DNA of 64,000 nucleotides from an uncultured Gammaproteobacteria bacterium (GCA_913064945.1 CAJYAN010000008.1:7440-71439); one strand, 5' to 3'. Shown: positions 20,733 to 33,300, counted from the first letter of the stretch. Made by a program: numbers and translations. Notes: generated from the letters alone by a model not told the origin.

Positions 20733-22867
20733 TTATTTACATCAAAGAATTTGTAGTGCTCTAATGCCTCAATGATCCCCTCTGAAAATGGCTTGCTCGA
20801 AAAATAAATTCGATCCACATCAACGAGACGAGTGAGTTCTTCATTATGCCGATTGGCCACTACGGCGGCGAGTGTGTTACCACGCATCATATCTTCATCA
20901 GCGCCAGAACCGCCAGCGACAAAAATTCGTTCCAGAGGAATTTGCCAACGATCGGCAACGTAGCGCAGAGCAAGTCCTTTGGATGCTCGCTGAGGCAAAA
21001 TATCCAGAAACTGGCCGAAGGCAAAATTTAGATGTACTGATTGTTCGTTTTGATGTAGCAGGCTACTGATTGAATCAATATCAGGGGCGATATCCGGGTT
21101 GATATAGTAACTAATCTTATAGCGGCTCTGCTCTGACTTTGGCTGAAGTTTTAAGCCTGGAAGCTCAGCCAGCAACTCTCGTACTTTATGCGGAGACCAG
21201 TGATAATCGATATGTTTAGCCCAGGAGATGTCCGCTGAATAACTGGGGGCATAATAGATCTCTGTACCACCGCTGGATATTAGGATATCAGGCTCAGGGA
21301 TCTTGTGCATTTTCATTTTTCTTAATGCGGAATCAAATCGACGCCCGGTAGCGATGACAAACTCTGTCGTTTTTCGCTGATCACGCAAGATTCCAATTAA
21401 CCGTTTTAGTGATTTTTCATCACCAATAAGGTTCTGATCAAGATCACTTACAATTGCGCGATCACGGTACGGTCCAGTGCGTGGCCGAATGGATTTTCGT
21501 ACCAGTATTTCTGAGCGTTCGGCTATAGGTTTTACAATTGAAATATAATGTTTAGCATGAGCATCCCACGAATAAAATTCACGAACACCTTTTATACCAT
21601 TTGCGGCACACTGCCTCCAGCTCTCTTTATTTTCAAGTAACTGTAAGAGTGATTTAATAATGGTTTCTGGCTGCAGAGGATCAATCAAAAAGCCATTTTT
21701 ACAACTTCCAATAATATCACGCGGCCCACCATCTTCTGTTGCGACAATAGGAAGGCCGGAGGCGGCAGCTTCAATTAGCGTTAAACCAAAAGGTTCGGTC
21801 AATGCTGGATTAACAAATACCCCGCCAGATGCTGCTGCGATTCGATAAAAAAAGGGTACCTGATCACGTTGATGATGTTTTGGAATAGTGACACGTCCAT
21901 AAATATTGTATCGATCTATCGCAACTAGCAATTCGTGAAATACTTCACGAGCACCCTCTTCGAGATCATCAATATCATCCCGATTTCCAGCAATGATTAC
22001 AAGATTGGCAAGTTTCTGCAATTGTGGCGATTGTCCGTAGGCATCAATTAACGCGACAATATTCTTGCGTTTGTCTGGACGTGACAGTGCTAATATGATT
22101 GGCTTGTCTGGATATTGTAACTTTTCAGTAAGTTTATTCGCAAGGCTAGTGTTTAATTCATCTCCGGTCGGAGGCTTAAATTGTTTTAGGTCAGTCCCAG
22201 GAGCAATAACTCGCATTTGTTCCGGTTGATAATGATCATAGAGTTCATATTGTTCTTCGATCTCCTGGGATGTACTTGTGATAACACGTTCTGCAGTGGC
22301 GAGGGTGATTTCCTCTGCTTCAATGCGACGCGTCATATTGTAGCGCTCTTCAACCTGTTGTGGAGTCAGACCGCTGGCGAGAAGCCGGCGTCTTTTGACT
22401 CGCCCAAGTGAATGTCCTGTATGGATCAGTGGTACGCCAAGTTGATTCGCCAATGTTGCACCAACATAGCCAGCGTCAGCATAATGACTATGAATTATAT
22501 CTGGCAAGAGATTGCTGGTCCTGTAAAAGTTGAAGACATTGTCAGCAAAAACATCCAGGTAATCCCATAAATGTTCCTTGTAAATATAGCCCTCTGGGCC
22601 AGCATCTATGCGTACAATTCGCAATTTATCAGAGAGTGTCTCGAAGTATTCTGCATAATCGCTCGAAACATCAGGGCCGATCACCCGCCTTGTAATTAGA
22701 TCCACATATTTTACTGAAGGATGTCGTGACAATGCCTGTGCAAGTTCAAGCACATAAAGTGTCTGCCCTCCAGTATCAGCATCACGTCCCAATTCGAGAT
22801 TCTGGCCGCGAATTAGTCCATGTATACTAATCAGAGAAATGTATAACTGGTCCGTATTTGCAGTCAT
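20729..22867 (-). CDS. sps: Sucrose-phosphate synthase (GT4 domain plus C-terminal SPP-like HAD domain)
   Basis: N-terminus YISLISIHGLIRGQNLELGRDADTGGQTLYVLELA is typical of SPS. A GT-B catalytic core is followed by a roughly 250-aa HAD-like tail. The track start at 22888 is a TTG codon. I prefer the ATG at 22867 (MTANTDQ...). Confidence 0.9.
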   Translation of the reverse strand: MTANTDQLYISLISIHGLIRGQNLELGRDADTGGQTLYVLELAQALSRHPSVKYVDLITRRVIGPDVSSDYAEYFETLSDKLRIVRIDAGPEGYIYKEHLWDYLDVFADNVFNFYRTSNLLPDIIHSHYADAGYVGATLANQLGVPLIHTGHSLGRVKRRRLLASGLTPQQVEERYNMTRRIEAEEITLATAERVITSTSQEIEEQYELYDHYQPEQMRVIAPGTDLKQFKPPTGDELNTSLANKLTEKLQYPDKPIILALSRPDKRKNIVALIDAYGQSPQLQKLANLVIIAGNRDDIDDLEEGAREVFHELLVAIDRYNIYGRVTIPKHHQRDQVPFFYRIAAASGGVFVNPALTEPFGLTLIEAAASGLPIVATEDGGPRDIIGSCKNGFLIDPLQPETIIKSLLQLLENKESWRQCAANGIKGVREFYSWDAHAKHYISIVKPIAERSEILVRKSIRPRTGPYRDRAIVSDLDQNLIGDEKSLKRLIGILRDQRKTTEFVIATGRRFDSALRKMKMHKIPEPDILISSGGTEIYYAPSYSADISWAKHIDYHWSPHKVRELLAELPGLKLQPKSEQSRYKISYYINPDIAPDIDSISSLLHQNEQSVHLNFAFGQFLDILPQRASKGLALRYVADRWQIPLERIFVAGGSGADEDMMRGNTLAAVVANRHNEELTRLVDVDRIYFSSKPFSEGIIEALEHYKFFDVNK

Positions 22868-22991
22868 GTAAACAATATTCCTGCTCAATGTTGTAAAGCA
22901 ATGTTCGTTAAATTCTTATATCGGAGACTGGCCTTGATGTAAATTGGCACTCACCGATAGTAGATAACAGCCTGTTACGATTATAGGCTTT

Positions 22992-23993
22992 TTATAATGA
23001 TTGCGCTTTAATTAAGGCGCCGTACAAACCGACCTTTTCTTGTGTAATAAGCTTTACGGGTAGTTTTTTCAAGCTTTTTGTCATGATACCTTTACTAATA
23101 AAGGCATTAATAAAACGTGATGTTGCTAATCTTTCGCTAATTTTTGCTGCGATGCCACCGGCAATATATACTTCACCAACTGGAAAGTAGTTTAACGCAA
23201 TGTTGCCAGCGGCCGCACCATAAATATCAATAAAACACTCAATGGTTTTGCTACTTAATTCATCATTGTTTGAAAGCGCCGCTTCAGTAATGATTTTTGC
23301 CGGGTCAGACTGTGACATTGCTGTTCTTACCGTTGCAGATTCTGCCAAACCAGATGACTCGTGTAAAAACTGGTAGATTGTGTATATCCCCCTACCCGAA
23401 AGAAGCATTTCCAGACTGACATGCGTAGAGTTGCTTTGCAGCCATTCGAGTAATTGACGCTGCTGTTCATTTTCAGGTGCAAATCCCGTGTGCCCTGCTT
23501 CGCTTGAGTATGCCAGGTATTGATTTCCAGTCCAAACACGGTGCGATACGCCAAGACCAGTACCGGCGCCGATGACAGCAGCATCTGGGTGAGTAGTTAG
23601 GCAATCATTGAGACTTCCACGCTGCAGTGTCAGAGTGTCTGAACTTTTCAATTCCGAGATACCATATGTTATCGCACTGAAGTCATTGATAACTTTTACC
23701 TTTGGAATATTAAACTTTTCGCTTAACTCTTTTTCATTTACCACCCAGGGCAAATTGGTCACGGCGGCACTTCCTTCTATGACAGGGCCGGCTACCGCAA
23801 TGCAAGCAACGTTAATTGAATCACTCAAATCAAAACTTGCTAGAAACTTATGAATAATGACTATTAAGCTTGTATATTTCTGACTTGGATAAAATACTTC
23901 AGCCAGTATTTTTCTTTGTCCAGAAAGAATATCAGCGACTATCAGTCGAGTATGTGTACCACCAATATCGCCTGCCAGAATTCTCAAAATCAC
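22992..23993 (-). CDS. glk: Glucokinase
   Basis: 333 aa. ATP-binding N-terminus LAGDIGGTHTRL and overall Glk-family similarity. Its GTG start overlaps the pgi stop in a GTGA junction. Confidence 0.88.
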   Translation of the reverse strand: MILRILAGDIGGTHTRLIVADILSGQRKILAEVFYPSQKYTSLIVIIHKFLASFDLSDSINVACIAVAGPVIEGSAAVTNLPWVVNEKELSEKFNIPKVKVINDFSAITYGISELKSSDTLTLQRGSLNDCLTTHPDAAVIGAGTGLGVSHRVWTGNQYLAYSSEAGHTGFAPENEQQRQLLEWLQSNSTHVSLEMLLSGRGIYTIYQFLHESSGLAESATVRTAMSQSDPAKIITEAALSNNDELSSKTIECFIDIYGAAAGNIALNYFPVGEVYIAGGIAAKISERLATSRFINAFISKGIMTKSLKKLPVKLITQEKVGLYGALIKAQSL

Positions 23994-25666
23994 GCCTCGT
24001 GTAATTTTTTAGCACCACCAGGTCGGCGGTGTTTGTAATGGTTGATTAATCCATTTGTTGAGCTGTCATGAGAGTCAATATTGTCACTATCATTTAATTC
24101 GCTCAAAATATTCTTGGCCAGCTGTTTGCCAAGTTCAACACCCCACTGGTCAAAAGAATTAATATTCCATATTATACCCTGGACAAATATTTTATGTTCG
24201 TAGAGGGCGATGATAGAACCCAATGTCTTCGGATCCAGAGTGTCAAATAGCAACGTACTGGTAGGACGATTCCCAGGGAATATTTTATATGGTAGAAGTT
24301 GCTCTATCTGATCATAATGATATCCTTCAGCCGTGAGTTCATGCCTGGCTTCGATTGCTGTCTTGCCACGCATGAGCGCTTCTGTTTGCGCGAAAACATT
24401 TGACATCAGTGCACGATGATGGCGCGCAACACAACGTAGACTGTAAACCGGTGCAAGTATATCTGCAGGTACTAGCTTTGTACCCTGGTGAAGTAGCTGG
24501 AAGAAAGCATGCTGTCCTGCAATACCTATTTCACCAAATACTACCGGTCCAGTAGTGTAGTCAACTCGATGGCCTTCACGATCGACATATTTACCATTAC
24601 TTTCCATATCAGCCTGCTGTAAATAGGATGGAAAACGATGCAAATGTTGATCATAAGGCAGGATGGCCATAGTTTGCGACTGAAAAAAATTATTATACCA
24701 GATCCCAAGCACGGCCATCATGACGGGGATATTTTCTTGCAAAGGTGTAGTTCGAAAGTGTTGATCAGCCTCATACGCGCCATTTAATAACTCTTCGAAC
24801 ATATCCGCTCCAATGGCTATCACGACTGGCAGTCCAATCGCAGACCAAAGAGAATATCGACCACCAACCCAATCCCACATCTTGAATATATTATCAGCAG
24901 AAATGCCGAATTTCATCGCCAGGGGGATATTTGAAGTTACCGCGGCAAAATGTCGATTGATTAAGGCGTCATCACCTACTTTGTTTATATACCATTGTCG
25001 CGCCGTCTCGGCGTTAACCATTGTATCCTGTGTTGTAAATGTTTTCGAAGCAATGATAAAGAATGTAGTTTCAGGATTAAGGAATTCCAGAGTGTCGTTA
25101 ATATGATTTTCATCGATATTCGAGACAAAATGTACGTTCAAATCATGCAGTGTATATGGTCGCAAAGCTTCGGTTGCCATCATTGGGCCGAGGTGAGAGC
25201 CACCGATACCGATGTTGACAACATCTGTTATCGCCTGGTTGGTCGCCCCACGCCACTGCCGTGAACGAATTTTTTCTGCCAGCTGATATACGCGCTGCCG
25301 CTCAAGCTTAATCTCGGGTAGTATGTCAACACCATTAACCATAATTGGCTTATCACCCCTATCTCTTAGAGCCACATGCAATACAGCACGACATTCAGTA
25401 TGGTTGATCAGCTCACCATCAAACATTTTCGCGGTCCAGTCAGGAACATTTTCTGCCTGAGCCAGTTGCAAAAGGAGCTTAACTGTCTCGTCATTGATAC
25501 GATTTTTTGAATAATCATAGAGTATATTGCCAAGCTGTAGAGAAAACTTGCTGTATCTTGACGAATCAGCATCAAACATATCACGCATGTGAACATGCTC
25601 AATATCGACATAATGTTTTTTCAGGGCTAACCATACACTTGATTGAGTTAGTTTAGACATTATCAT
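23990..25666 (-). CDS. pgi: Glucose-6-phosphate isomerase
   Basis: 558 aa. PGI signatures are present: GIGGSHLGP, DWVGGRYSLWSAIG, and GVELGKQLA near the C-terminus. Confidence 0.95.
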   Translation of the reverse strand: MIMSKLTQSSVWLALKKHYVDIEHVHMRDMFDADSSRYSKFSLQLGNILYDYSKNRINDETVKLLLQLAQAENVPDWTAKMFDGELINHTECRAVLHVALRDRGDKPIMVNGVDILPEIKLERQRVYQLAEKIRSRQWRGATNQAITDVVNIGIGGSHLGPMMATEALRPYTLHDLNVHFVSNIDENHINDTLEFLNPETTFFIIASKTFTTQDTMVNAETARQWYINKVGDDALINRHFAAVTSNIPLAMKFGISADNIFKMWDWVGGRYSLWSAIGLPVVIAIGADMFEELLNGAYEADQHFRTTPLQENIPVMMAVLGIWYNNFFQSQTMAILPYDQHLHRFPSYLQQADMESNGKYVDREGHRVDYTTGPVVFGEIGIAGQHAFFQLLHQGTKLVPADILAPVYSLRCVARHHRALMSNVFAQTEALMRGKTAIEARHELTAEGYHYDQIEQLLPYKIFPGNRPTSTLLFDTLDPKTLGSIIALYEHKIFVQGIIWNINSFDQWGVELGKQLAKNILSELNDSDNIDSHDSSTNGLINHYKHRRPGGAKKLHEA

Positions 25667-25939
25667 TCCCTTGTTTCACATCGTTTCTATACACAGAAAA
25701 ATTCCAGCTTACACGGCATGACAGCAATAATCGTTCCAATATCATTAACTTGGCTATAGACTCAATAACGGCAGTCACCGAGTGATAGCCCTAATGTGAT
25801 AGAGCAAAGTAAGACGATGGAATTGCACCGTTATTTAATTTATACGCTTCATCATAGGGCATTAAAGCATGCCAACGAAGTATTGTCTGCTAACTTTCCT
25901 TGCAATATTATAATATTCATTATTATAGTCATGATATGA

Positions 25940-27610
<1,671 letters not shown>

Positions 27611-27625
27611 AAAAAGGCTAGAGTT

Positions 27626-30100
27626 TTAATTGCTAAGTTTCCATATATCAGCATTATACTCCTGCATGGTTCTATCCGTCGAAAAATAGCCGCTACACGC
27701 CGTATTGTTTATACTCATTTTTACCCAGGAGTCTCGATCCCGATACGTCTCTGATACCGCAGCTTGTGTATCAATATAACTTCTAAAATCAGCTAACGTC
27801 AGCCAGGGGTCATGTGGATTTAACAGTGAGGCAATAATTTCATCAAATATATGTTGCTCATAGGCATTAAAGTGTCCACACGTCAACAGTCGCATCACAC
27901 GTTTCAGGTCATTGTCTTCTTCAACAATCTGATGTGGATGATAATTGGCCTTTTGAGCTTCGACCTCATCCGCTTTTAAACCAAAAAGAAAGAAATTATC
28001 GTCACCAACCGCCTCAAGTATTTCAATGTTAGCGCCATCATACGTACCAATGGTGATAGCCCCATTCATCATAAACTTCATATTGCCAGTACCAGAAGCC
28101 TCTTTGCCAGCGGTCGACACCTGCTCTGATAGGTCGGTGCCAGGACAAATGATCTCCATTTTTGATACGCCATAATTTGGAATAAAGGCAAGTTTAAGCA
28201 TGTCTTTTACTTGCGGATCATTATTAATGACCTCGGCGATATTATTTACCAGCTTAATCATCGATTTTGCCAGGCGATATCCTGGTGCAGCCTTACCACC
28301 AATCAAAACGCATCGATTAGTCCAGTCCTGGGTATCTCCACGTTTTATGCGATCATAAAGGTGTATTACATGTAGAATATTAAGTAACTGCCGCTTGTAT
28401 TCGTGTATTCGCTTTACCTGAACATCAAATAGTGAATCCACATTAAAATCTACATCACATTTCTCTTTGACCAGTTTTGCGAGGCGCATTTTGTTTTCAC
28501 GTTTGATGTTATGCCAATTCAAACAAAAATCTTTATCAGTAGAGAGCTGTTTTATTTTTTTGATTTCTGATAAATCATATATCCAGCGGTCACCAATTTT
28601 ATCGGTAATTAACTCGGTCATTAGAGGGTTGGCATGTGCAATCCATCTGCGTGGCGTGACACCATTCGTCTTGTTGTTGAACTTGTCAGGCCACAAATCA
28701 TAAAAATCCCTGAATAGGCCTTCACTCAGTAACTTTGAGTGCAGTGCAGCAACCCCATTGACCGAAAAGCTACCGACAATTGCCAAATAGGCCATTCGCA
28801 CGTATTTCGTCTTGCCCTCTTCTATGATTGACATCCGTCTTTGCCGGTCAGCATCGTCAGGCCATCTCATGGCGACTAATTTAAGAAAGCGCGCATTGAT
28901 TTCATAGATAATCTGTAAAAGACGCGGCAGTAATTTTTCAAAAAGTGGAACCGGCCATTTCTCTAATGCCTCTGGCAATAGGGTATGATTTGTGTATGCC
29001 ATTGTTTTAGATGTGATGGCCCATGCCTGGTCCCATGACAAGCCCTTAACATCCATTAACAGACGCATTAGTTCTGCAACCGCTATTGTTGGATGTGTAT
29101 CATTCATCTGAAAAATATTTTGTTCAGCAAAGTGTCTGAAATCATTATCTTCATTGATCATCCACATTCTAAAAACATCCTGGAGACTTGCCGATGCCAG
29201 AAAATATTGTTGTTTGAGCCTTAATTCCTTGCCATTTTCACTGGCATCATTGGGATAAAGGACCATCGTGATATGTTCCGCATCATTTTTTGCTTCAACG
29301 GCATCGGCATAACTTCCTGCATTGAAATCCTCAAGACTAAACACATTCGTTGCGCTGGCGCTCCATAATCTGAGTGTATTCACTGTGTTGTTTTTATAAC
29401 CTGAGATAGGTACATCGTAGGGTATTGCCAGAACGTCAGCCGTATCGACCCAGACATAACGACTGCCACCACCGTTTTCAGTAATTTTATCAACGCGGCC
29501 ACCAAATTTAATGGTTTGAGTAAATTCCGGACGTTCCAGTTCCCAGGGGTTGCCATCTCTTAACCAGTGGTCAGGTTCTTCTAGCTGATAGCCGTTACTA
29601 ATTTCCTGACGAAACATCCCGTATTCATACCGAATGCCGTAGCCAATGACCGCTAACATTAAAGTCGCACAACTGTCCATAAAGCATGCGGCAAGGCGTC
29701 CCAAACCGCCATTGCCTAAACCGGCGTCATGCTCTTCGCTGCAAATATCTTCAATCTGTAAAGCAAACTTATTCATTGCATCTTCAGTTTCTTTTGTTAA
29801 TCCCAGATTGAGGATATGATTACCTAAAGAACGGCCAATTAAAAATTCCAACGACATGTAGTAGGCCTTCTTTACACCTTTGGCTTCATATACTTTCCAT
29901 GTGTTTCGCCAGTCCGTCATAATGCGATCACGCATTGTCAATGATAGTGCCTGGTATTTATAGATTGGCACACAACCAAAAAACCTGCCAAGGTGCCGTA
30001 TTAGATAACGTTCAAAATCATTTGCCAACGACTCACTATCTGTAGGCAATTTTTTGAGTACAGGTAATTTCGATGTGCTGATAGATTCTTTGCTGGACAT
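27626..30100 (-). CDS. glgP: Glycogen/maltodextrin phosphorylase
   Basis: 824 aa. PLP-lysine motif EASGTGNMKFMMNGA and GT35 family-wide similarity. Confidence 0.95.
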   Translation of the reverse strand: MSSKESISTSKLPVLKKLPTDSESLANDFERYLIRHLGRFFGCVPIYKYQALSLTMRDRIMTDWRNTWKVYEAKGVKKAYYMSLEFLIGRSLGNHILNLGLTKETEDAMNKFALQIEDICSEEHDAGLGNGGLGRLAACFMDSCATLMLAVIGYGIRYEYGMFRQEISNGYQLEEPDHWLRDGNPWELERPEFTQTIKFGGRVDKITENGGGSRYVWVDTADVLAIPYDVPISGYKNNTVNTLRLWSASATNVFSLEDFNAGSYADAVEAKNDAEHITMVLYPNDASENGKELRLKQQYFLASASLQDVFRMWMINEDNDFRHFAEQNIFQMNDTHPTIAVAELMRLLMDVKGLSWDQAWAITSKTMAYTNHTLLPEALEKWPVPLFEKLLPRLLQIIYEINARFLKLVAMRWPDDADRQRRMSIIEEGKTKYVRMAYLAIVGSFSVNGVAALHSKLLSEGLFRDFYDLWPDKFNNKTNGVTPRRWIAHANPLMTELITDKIGDRWIYDLSEIKKIKQLSTDKDFCLNWHNIKRENKMRLAKLVKEKCDVDFNVDSLFDVQVKRIHEYKRQLLNILHVIHLYDRIKRGDTQDWTNRCVLIGGKAAPGYRLAKSMIKLVNNIAEVINNDPQVKDMLKLAFIPNYGVSKMEIICPGTDLSEQVSTAGKEASGTGNMKFMMNGAITIGTYDGANIEILEAVGDDNFFLFGLKADEVEAQKANYHPHQIVEEDNDLKRVMRLLTCGHFNAYEQHIFDEIIASLLNPHDPWLTLADFRSYIDTQAAVSETYRDRDSWVKMSINNTACSGYFSTDRTMQEYNADIWKLSN

Positions 30101-30104
30101 GACT

Positions 30105-31598
30105 TTACCTCTGATACAAGATCATTAAACTTGAAATTTCTTTCAGACGTGCGGAATTAAGTTGTTGCCACTCGAAGCGCCATAGCCAGTTACCGCCGAT
30201 TGTCCCTGGTGTGTTCATACGGGAATTTGAATCAAGCATGAGTAAATCCTGCATGGGTAGCATACACAGAAAAGAAACTGATGATAGTGCAAGACGAATC
30301 ATGGCCTGAAATGTCTGATCGGCATTGTTGAGTGTCAACCCAAGATAATCCTGCAGATAGGGTTTATTGTAATTTTTCTCATTAAGACACCAGCCAAGAG
30401 TCGTGTCATTGTCATGTGTGCCCGTGTAAACCAGATCACCAGGTTGCTGATGATGCGGTAAGTGCGGATTATTATTGTTGCCATCAAAAGCAAACTGAAG
30501 AACCTTCATTCCGGGCAGGTCAAAGGCATTTTTAAGTTCAATTACAGCATCGGTAATGACGCCAAGATCCTCGGCAATCAGTGGTAGATGATGGGATTCC
30601 CTGTATAGGGTAGCCAACATTTCGCGCCCTGGCACTTCCACCCACTTGCCATTGATTGCCGTACTATCTTTTTGTGGAATTTGCCAGCACGCCTGTAAGC
30701 CACGAAAATGATCAATACGAACCATGTCAAATAACTTTAATTGGGTTCTGAAACGATCTTTCCACCACAGATAGTCAGTTGAACGCATATGGTTCCAGTC
30801 ATACAGAGGATTTCCCCAGCGTTGCCCTGTGTCTGAAAAGGCGTCCGGTGGTACACCAGCTATATATTCCATTTCTCCATCAATATTGATCAAAAAGTTT
30901 TTTCGCTGAGCCCATACATCAGCACTATCAAAGGCTACGAAAATCGGCATATCACCAAAGAGTTCAATCCCGTGTTGCGTGGCGTATTGATGCATTTCAT
31001 GCCACTGGGAAAAAAAAATATACTGCTCAAAAAACACTTGCCTGATGTCTGACTGCAATTCAGTGCGGGCTTGTTCGAGGGCCGAACTCTCCCGGTGCCG
31101 AATCGCTACCGGCCAGTCATTCCAGGATTGTTTATTATGTTTTTGTTTTAGCGCCATAAACAGGGCGTAGTCATGTAGCCAGTGTCGATTTTCGGCGGCG
31201 AAATTTTCCAAATCCACGAGCCATTGACTGTCACCTGATGTGTAAAATTTATTTGCGGATTTCTGCAGGCAGAGTGAGCGGTAAGCTTCATCTTCTTCAT
31301 CAACACCGAGGTTGCTACGATCCAACCAGCCTTTATCTTCAAGCCAGTCCAGACTGATAAGTAAAGGGTTACCCGCATGAGAAGATAGACACTGATATGG
31401 TGATTTATCCTCATGGGTAGGTCCAATGGGTAACATTTGCCAGACTTTAAAACCTCGGGCATGCAGAAATTCAATAAAGCGGTATGCCTCATGGCCGATA
31501 TCGCCATTGAAGTGTGGCCCTGGTAATGACGTGGGATGTAGCAAGACCCCGGCACGACGTTGCCTGTCAACTGACGTAGTATGAGGGACTTCTGTCAT
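30105..31598 (-). CDS. malQ: 4-alpha-glucanotransferase (GH77 amylomaltase)
   Basis: 497 aa. Contains GVLLHPTSLPG, MVRIDHFRG, IAEDLGVIT and YTGTHDNDT, which are GH77 conserved regions. Confidence 0.92.
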   Translation of the reverse strand: MTEVPHTTSVDRQRRAGVLLHPTSLPGPHFNGDIGHEAYRFIEFLHARGFKVWQMLPIGPTHEDKSPYQCLSSHAGNPLLISLDWLEDKGWLDRSNLGVDEEDEAYRSLCLQKSANKFYTSGDSQWLVDLENFAAENRHWLHDYALFMALKQKHNKQSWNDWPVAIRHRESSALEQARTELQSDIRQVFFEQYIFFSQWHEMHQYATQHGIELFGDMPIFVAFDSADVWAQRKNFLINIDGEMEYIAGVPPDAFSDTGQRWGNPLYDWNHMRSTDYLWWKDRFRTQLKLFDMVRIDHFRGLQACWQIPQKDSTAINGKWVEVPGREMLATLYRESHHLPLIAEDLGVITDAVIELKNAFDLPGMKVLQFAFDGNNNNPHLPHHQQPGDLVYTGTHDNDTTLGWCLNEKNYNKPYLQDYLGLTLNNADQTFQAMIRLALSSVSFLCMLPMQDLLMLDSNSRMNTPGTIGGNWLWRFEWQQLNSARLKEISSLMILYQR

Positions 31599-31601
31599 GA
31601 C

Positions 31602-33296
31602 TTATTGAAGTTGGCCGGGTAACATTGCGCCGCCCATCGCAGGACTGCCAGAGCCGAATGAGAACGCCTTCGATAAATAATCCGGTGGCTCTATCTTGAG
31701 CAACTGGTATAGATTGCATAAATGCAGTCGGTACTGTTCGTCAAAGGCGGCAACAGAATCTGCCGAGTTGTATTCACCAAACCACCAAAACCAGTCAGAG
31801 CTTTCGCAGGTGGCAAGTTGCATTTCAGCTTTCAGTTGTTCCTCGGTCGTCAAGTTGCCCTGCTGCTGAACTTTGTCATAAACTTTCTTTGCCTCGACTA
31901 GCATATCCCAGGCTCGATTTTTATCTGCCTCACCTATCCATGTTGAGAATGTACCGTAAACCCAGCTACCAGAGATAATTTCATTCAAAGGCTTTTTTTC
32001 AGGACTGGATTGGAGATATTCACTATAGGTCGTAAGTTTAAAACCTTTGTGCACTGTTAATTGTTTATATAAGGCCTTGATGAAGTGATAACCATTTTGC
32101 GGATAGTGTTCCCAGGCATTTTCACCATCAAGGATGATCGAGACAATCGCGCCGGGTTTTTCGCTACAGCTTTGTGCTATCTCTTCAAGGTGATGAAGTA
32201 AATTTGCAACCGCATCATCAGCATGCCAGTCAGAATATTTAAAGCCGATCAGGTCAGAGAGTCCATCATCCCTGAAAAAGCAGGCTGCTGTCGTATCACG
32301 ATATTGATAAGCTTCATGCAGGCAGGTGTCTGCTTTGATTGATGATTTTTTTAGGGAATTTTTTAACACTGTATCGCCGCTGGCGAACCATTTTATTCCC
32401 ATCTGCGAAAATAGCTCAATTGTTTCTGCGCTAACACTACCTTCTGATGGCCAGCAACCCTGAGGTGAAAAGCCAAAATATTTTTTAAATACATCAATTC
32501 CTTTCTGCATATGCCAGCGCGCTCTTTCGGCACCACCTGGGTATTCGGTTGCTATGGGTAAGACCACCTCGGGCATCGCCTGTTCAGCACTTTTGAAATC
32601 CAGCAATAAAGGAACAATTGGGTGGGCATAGGGTGTCATCGAGAGTTCGATTTGCCCTGCTTCTGCTAACGCCCTATAGCGCCCGATAACACCACTAACC
32701 AGTTCATATATAATTTCAACCAGGAGATGTCGATCATGAGAGCTAAAGTGCTGTGCCTTGTCAGACAATGCTTGAATACGTGCATCTGAATAGCGGACGT
32801 TTTCTGCCATCCATGCCAGGTGATACCAGACGAGCAAATCTGCAAAAAACTGTTCTGAAAAATAGGCGAGAATCTTATCGTTTTCCAACGCGGTTTCGGC
32901 GATTTCAACGAGGTCTCTAAACGCCTCAAAACGGTCCACCAGCCGTAATTTGTTGGCTCGCAGACAGGCTTTAATAATATGCAGTTGACTTTCCTTGTCA
33001 AAAGTTATGACGGGTTCTGCTAAGGCGGCAAGCAGAGGGTCGCGTAGCGCCTTGCCGTGATGTAAAAAATCTTCAAGTTGATGTGCATAATCATCTATTT
33101 GCTCGAGTAATACCGGTGCAAAATTAACGACAACACGCGCTGCCGGATTATTCTCCAGGTGGGCAACCATATCTACATAGTCTTTTATGGTATGCAGATA
33201 GGTCCACGGTAGATGGTATTCTCCGTTTCGCAGGTCGCGGTATTCCGGCTGATGCATATGCCAGTAAATGACGACATTTAAGCGATTGTTTATCAT
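31602..33296 (-). CDS. Glycoside hydrolase family 57 protein (alpha-glucan active; exact activity unknown)
   Basis: 564 aa. GH57 N-terminus VIYWHMHQPEY. Candidate nucleophile region CWPSEGSVS and acid/base region ILDGENAWEHY. Confidence 0.8.
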   Translation of the reverse strand: MINNRLNVVIYWHMHQPEYRDLRNGEYHLPWTYLHTIKDYVDMVAHLENNPAARVVVNFAPVLLEQIDDYAHQLEDFLHHGKALRDPLLAALAEPVITFDKESQLHIIKACLRANKLRLVDRFEAFRDLVEIAETALENDKILAYFSEQFFADLLVWYHLAWMAENVRYSDARIQALSDKAQHFSSHDRHLLVEIIYELVSGVIGRYRALAEAGQIELSMTPYAHPIVPLLLDFKSAEQAMPEVVLPIATEYPGGAERARWHMQKGIDVFKKYFGFSPQGCWPSEGSVSAETIELFSQMGIKWFASGDTVLKNSLKKSSIKADTCLHEAYQYRDTTAACFFRDDGLSDLIGFKYSDWHADDAVANLLHHLEEIAQSCSEKPGAIVSIILDGENAWEHYPQNGYHFIKALYKQLTVHKGFKLTTYSEYLQSSPEKKPLNEIISGSWVYGTFSTWIGEADKNRAWDMLVEAKKVYDKVQQQGNLTTEEQLKAEMQLATCESSDWFWWFGEYNSADSVAAFDEQYRLHLCNLYQLLKIEPPDYLSKAFSFGSGSPAMGGAMLPGQLQ

Positions 33297-33300
33297 CTCG

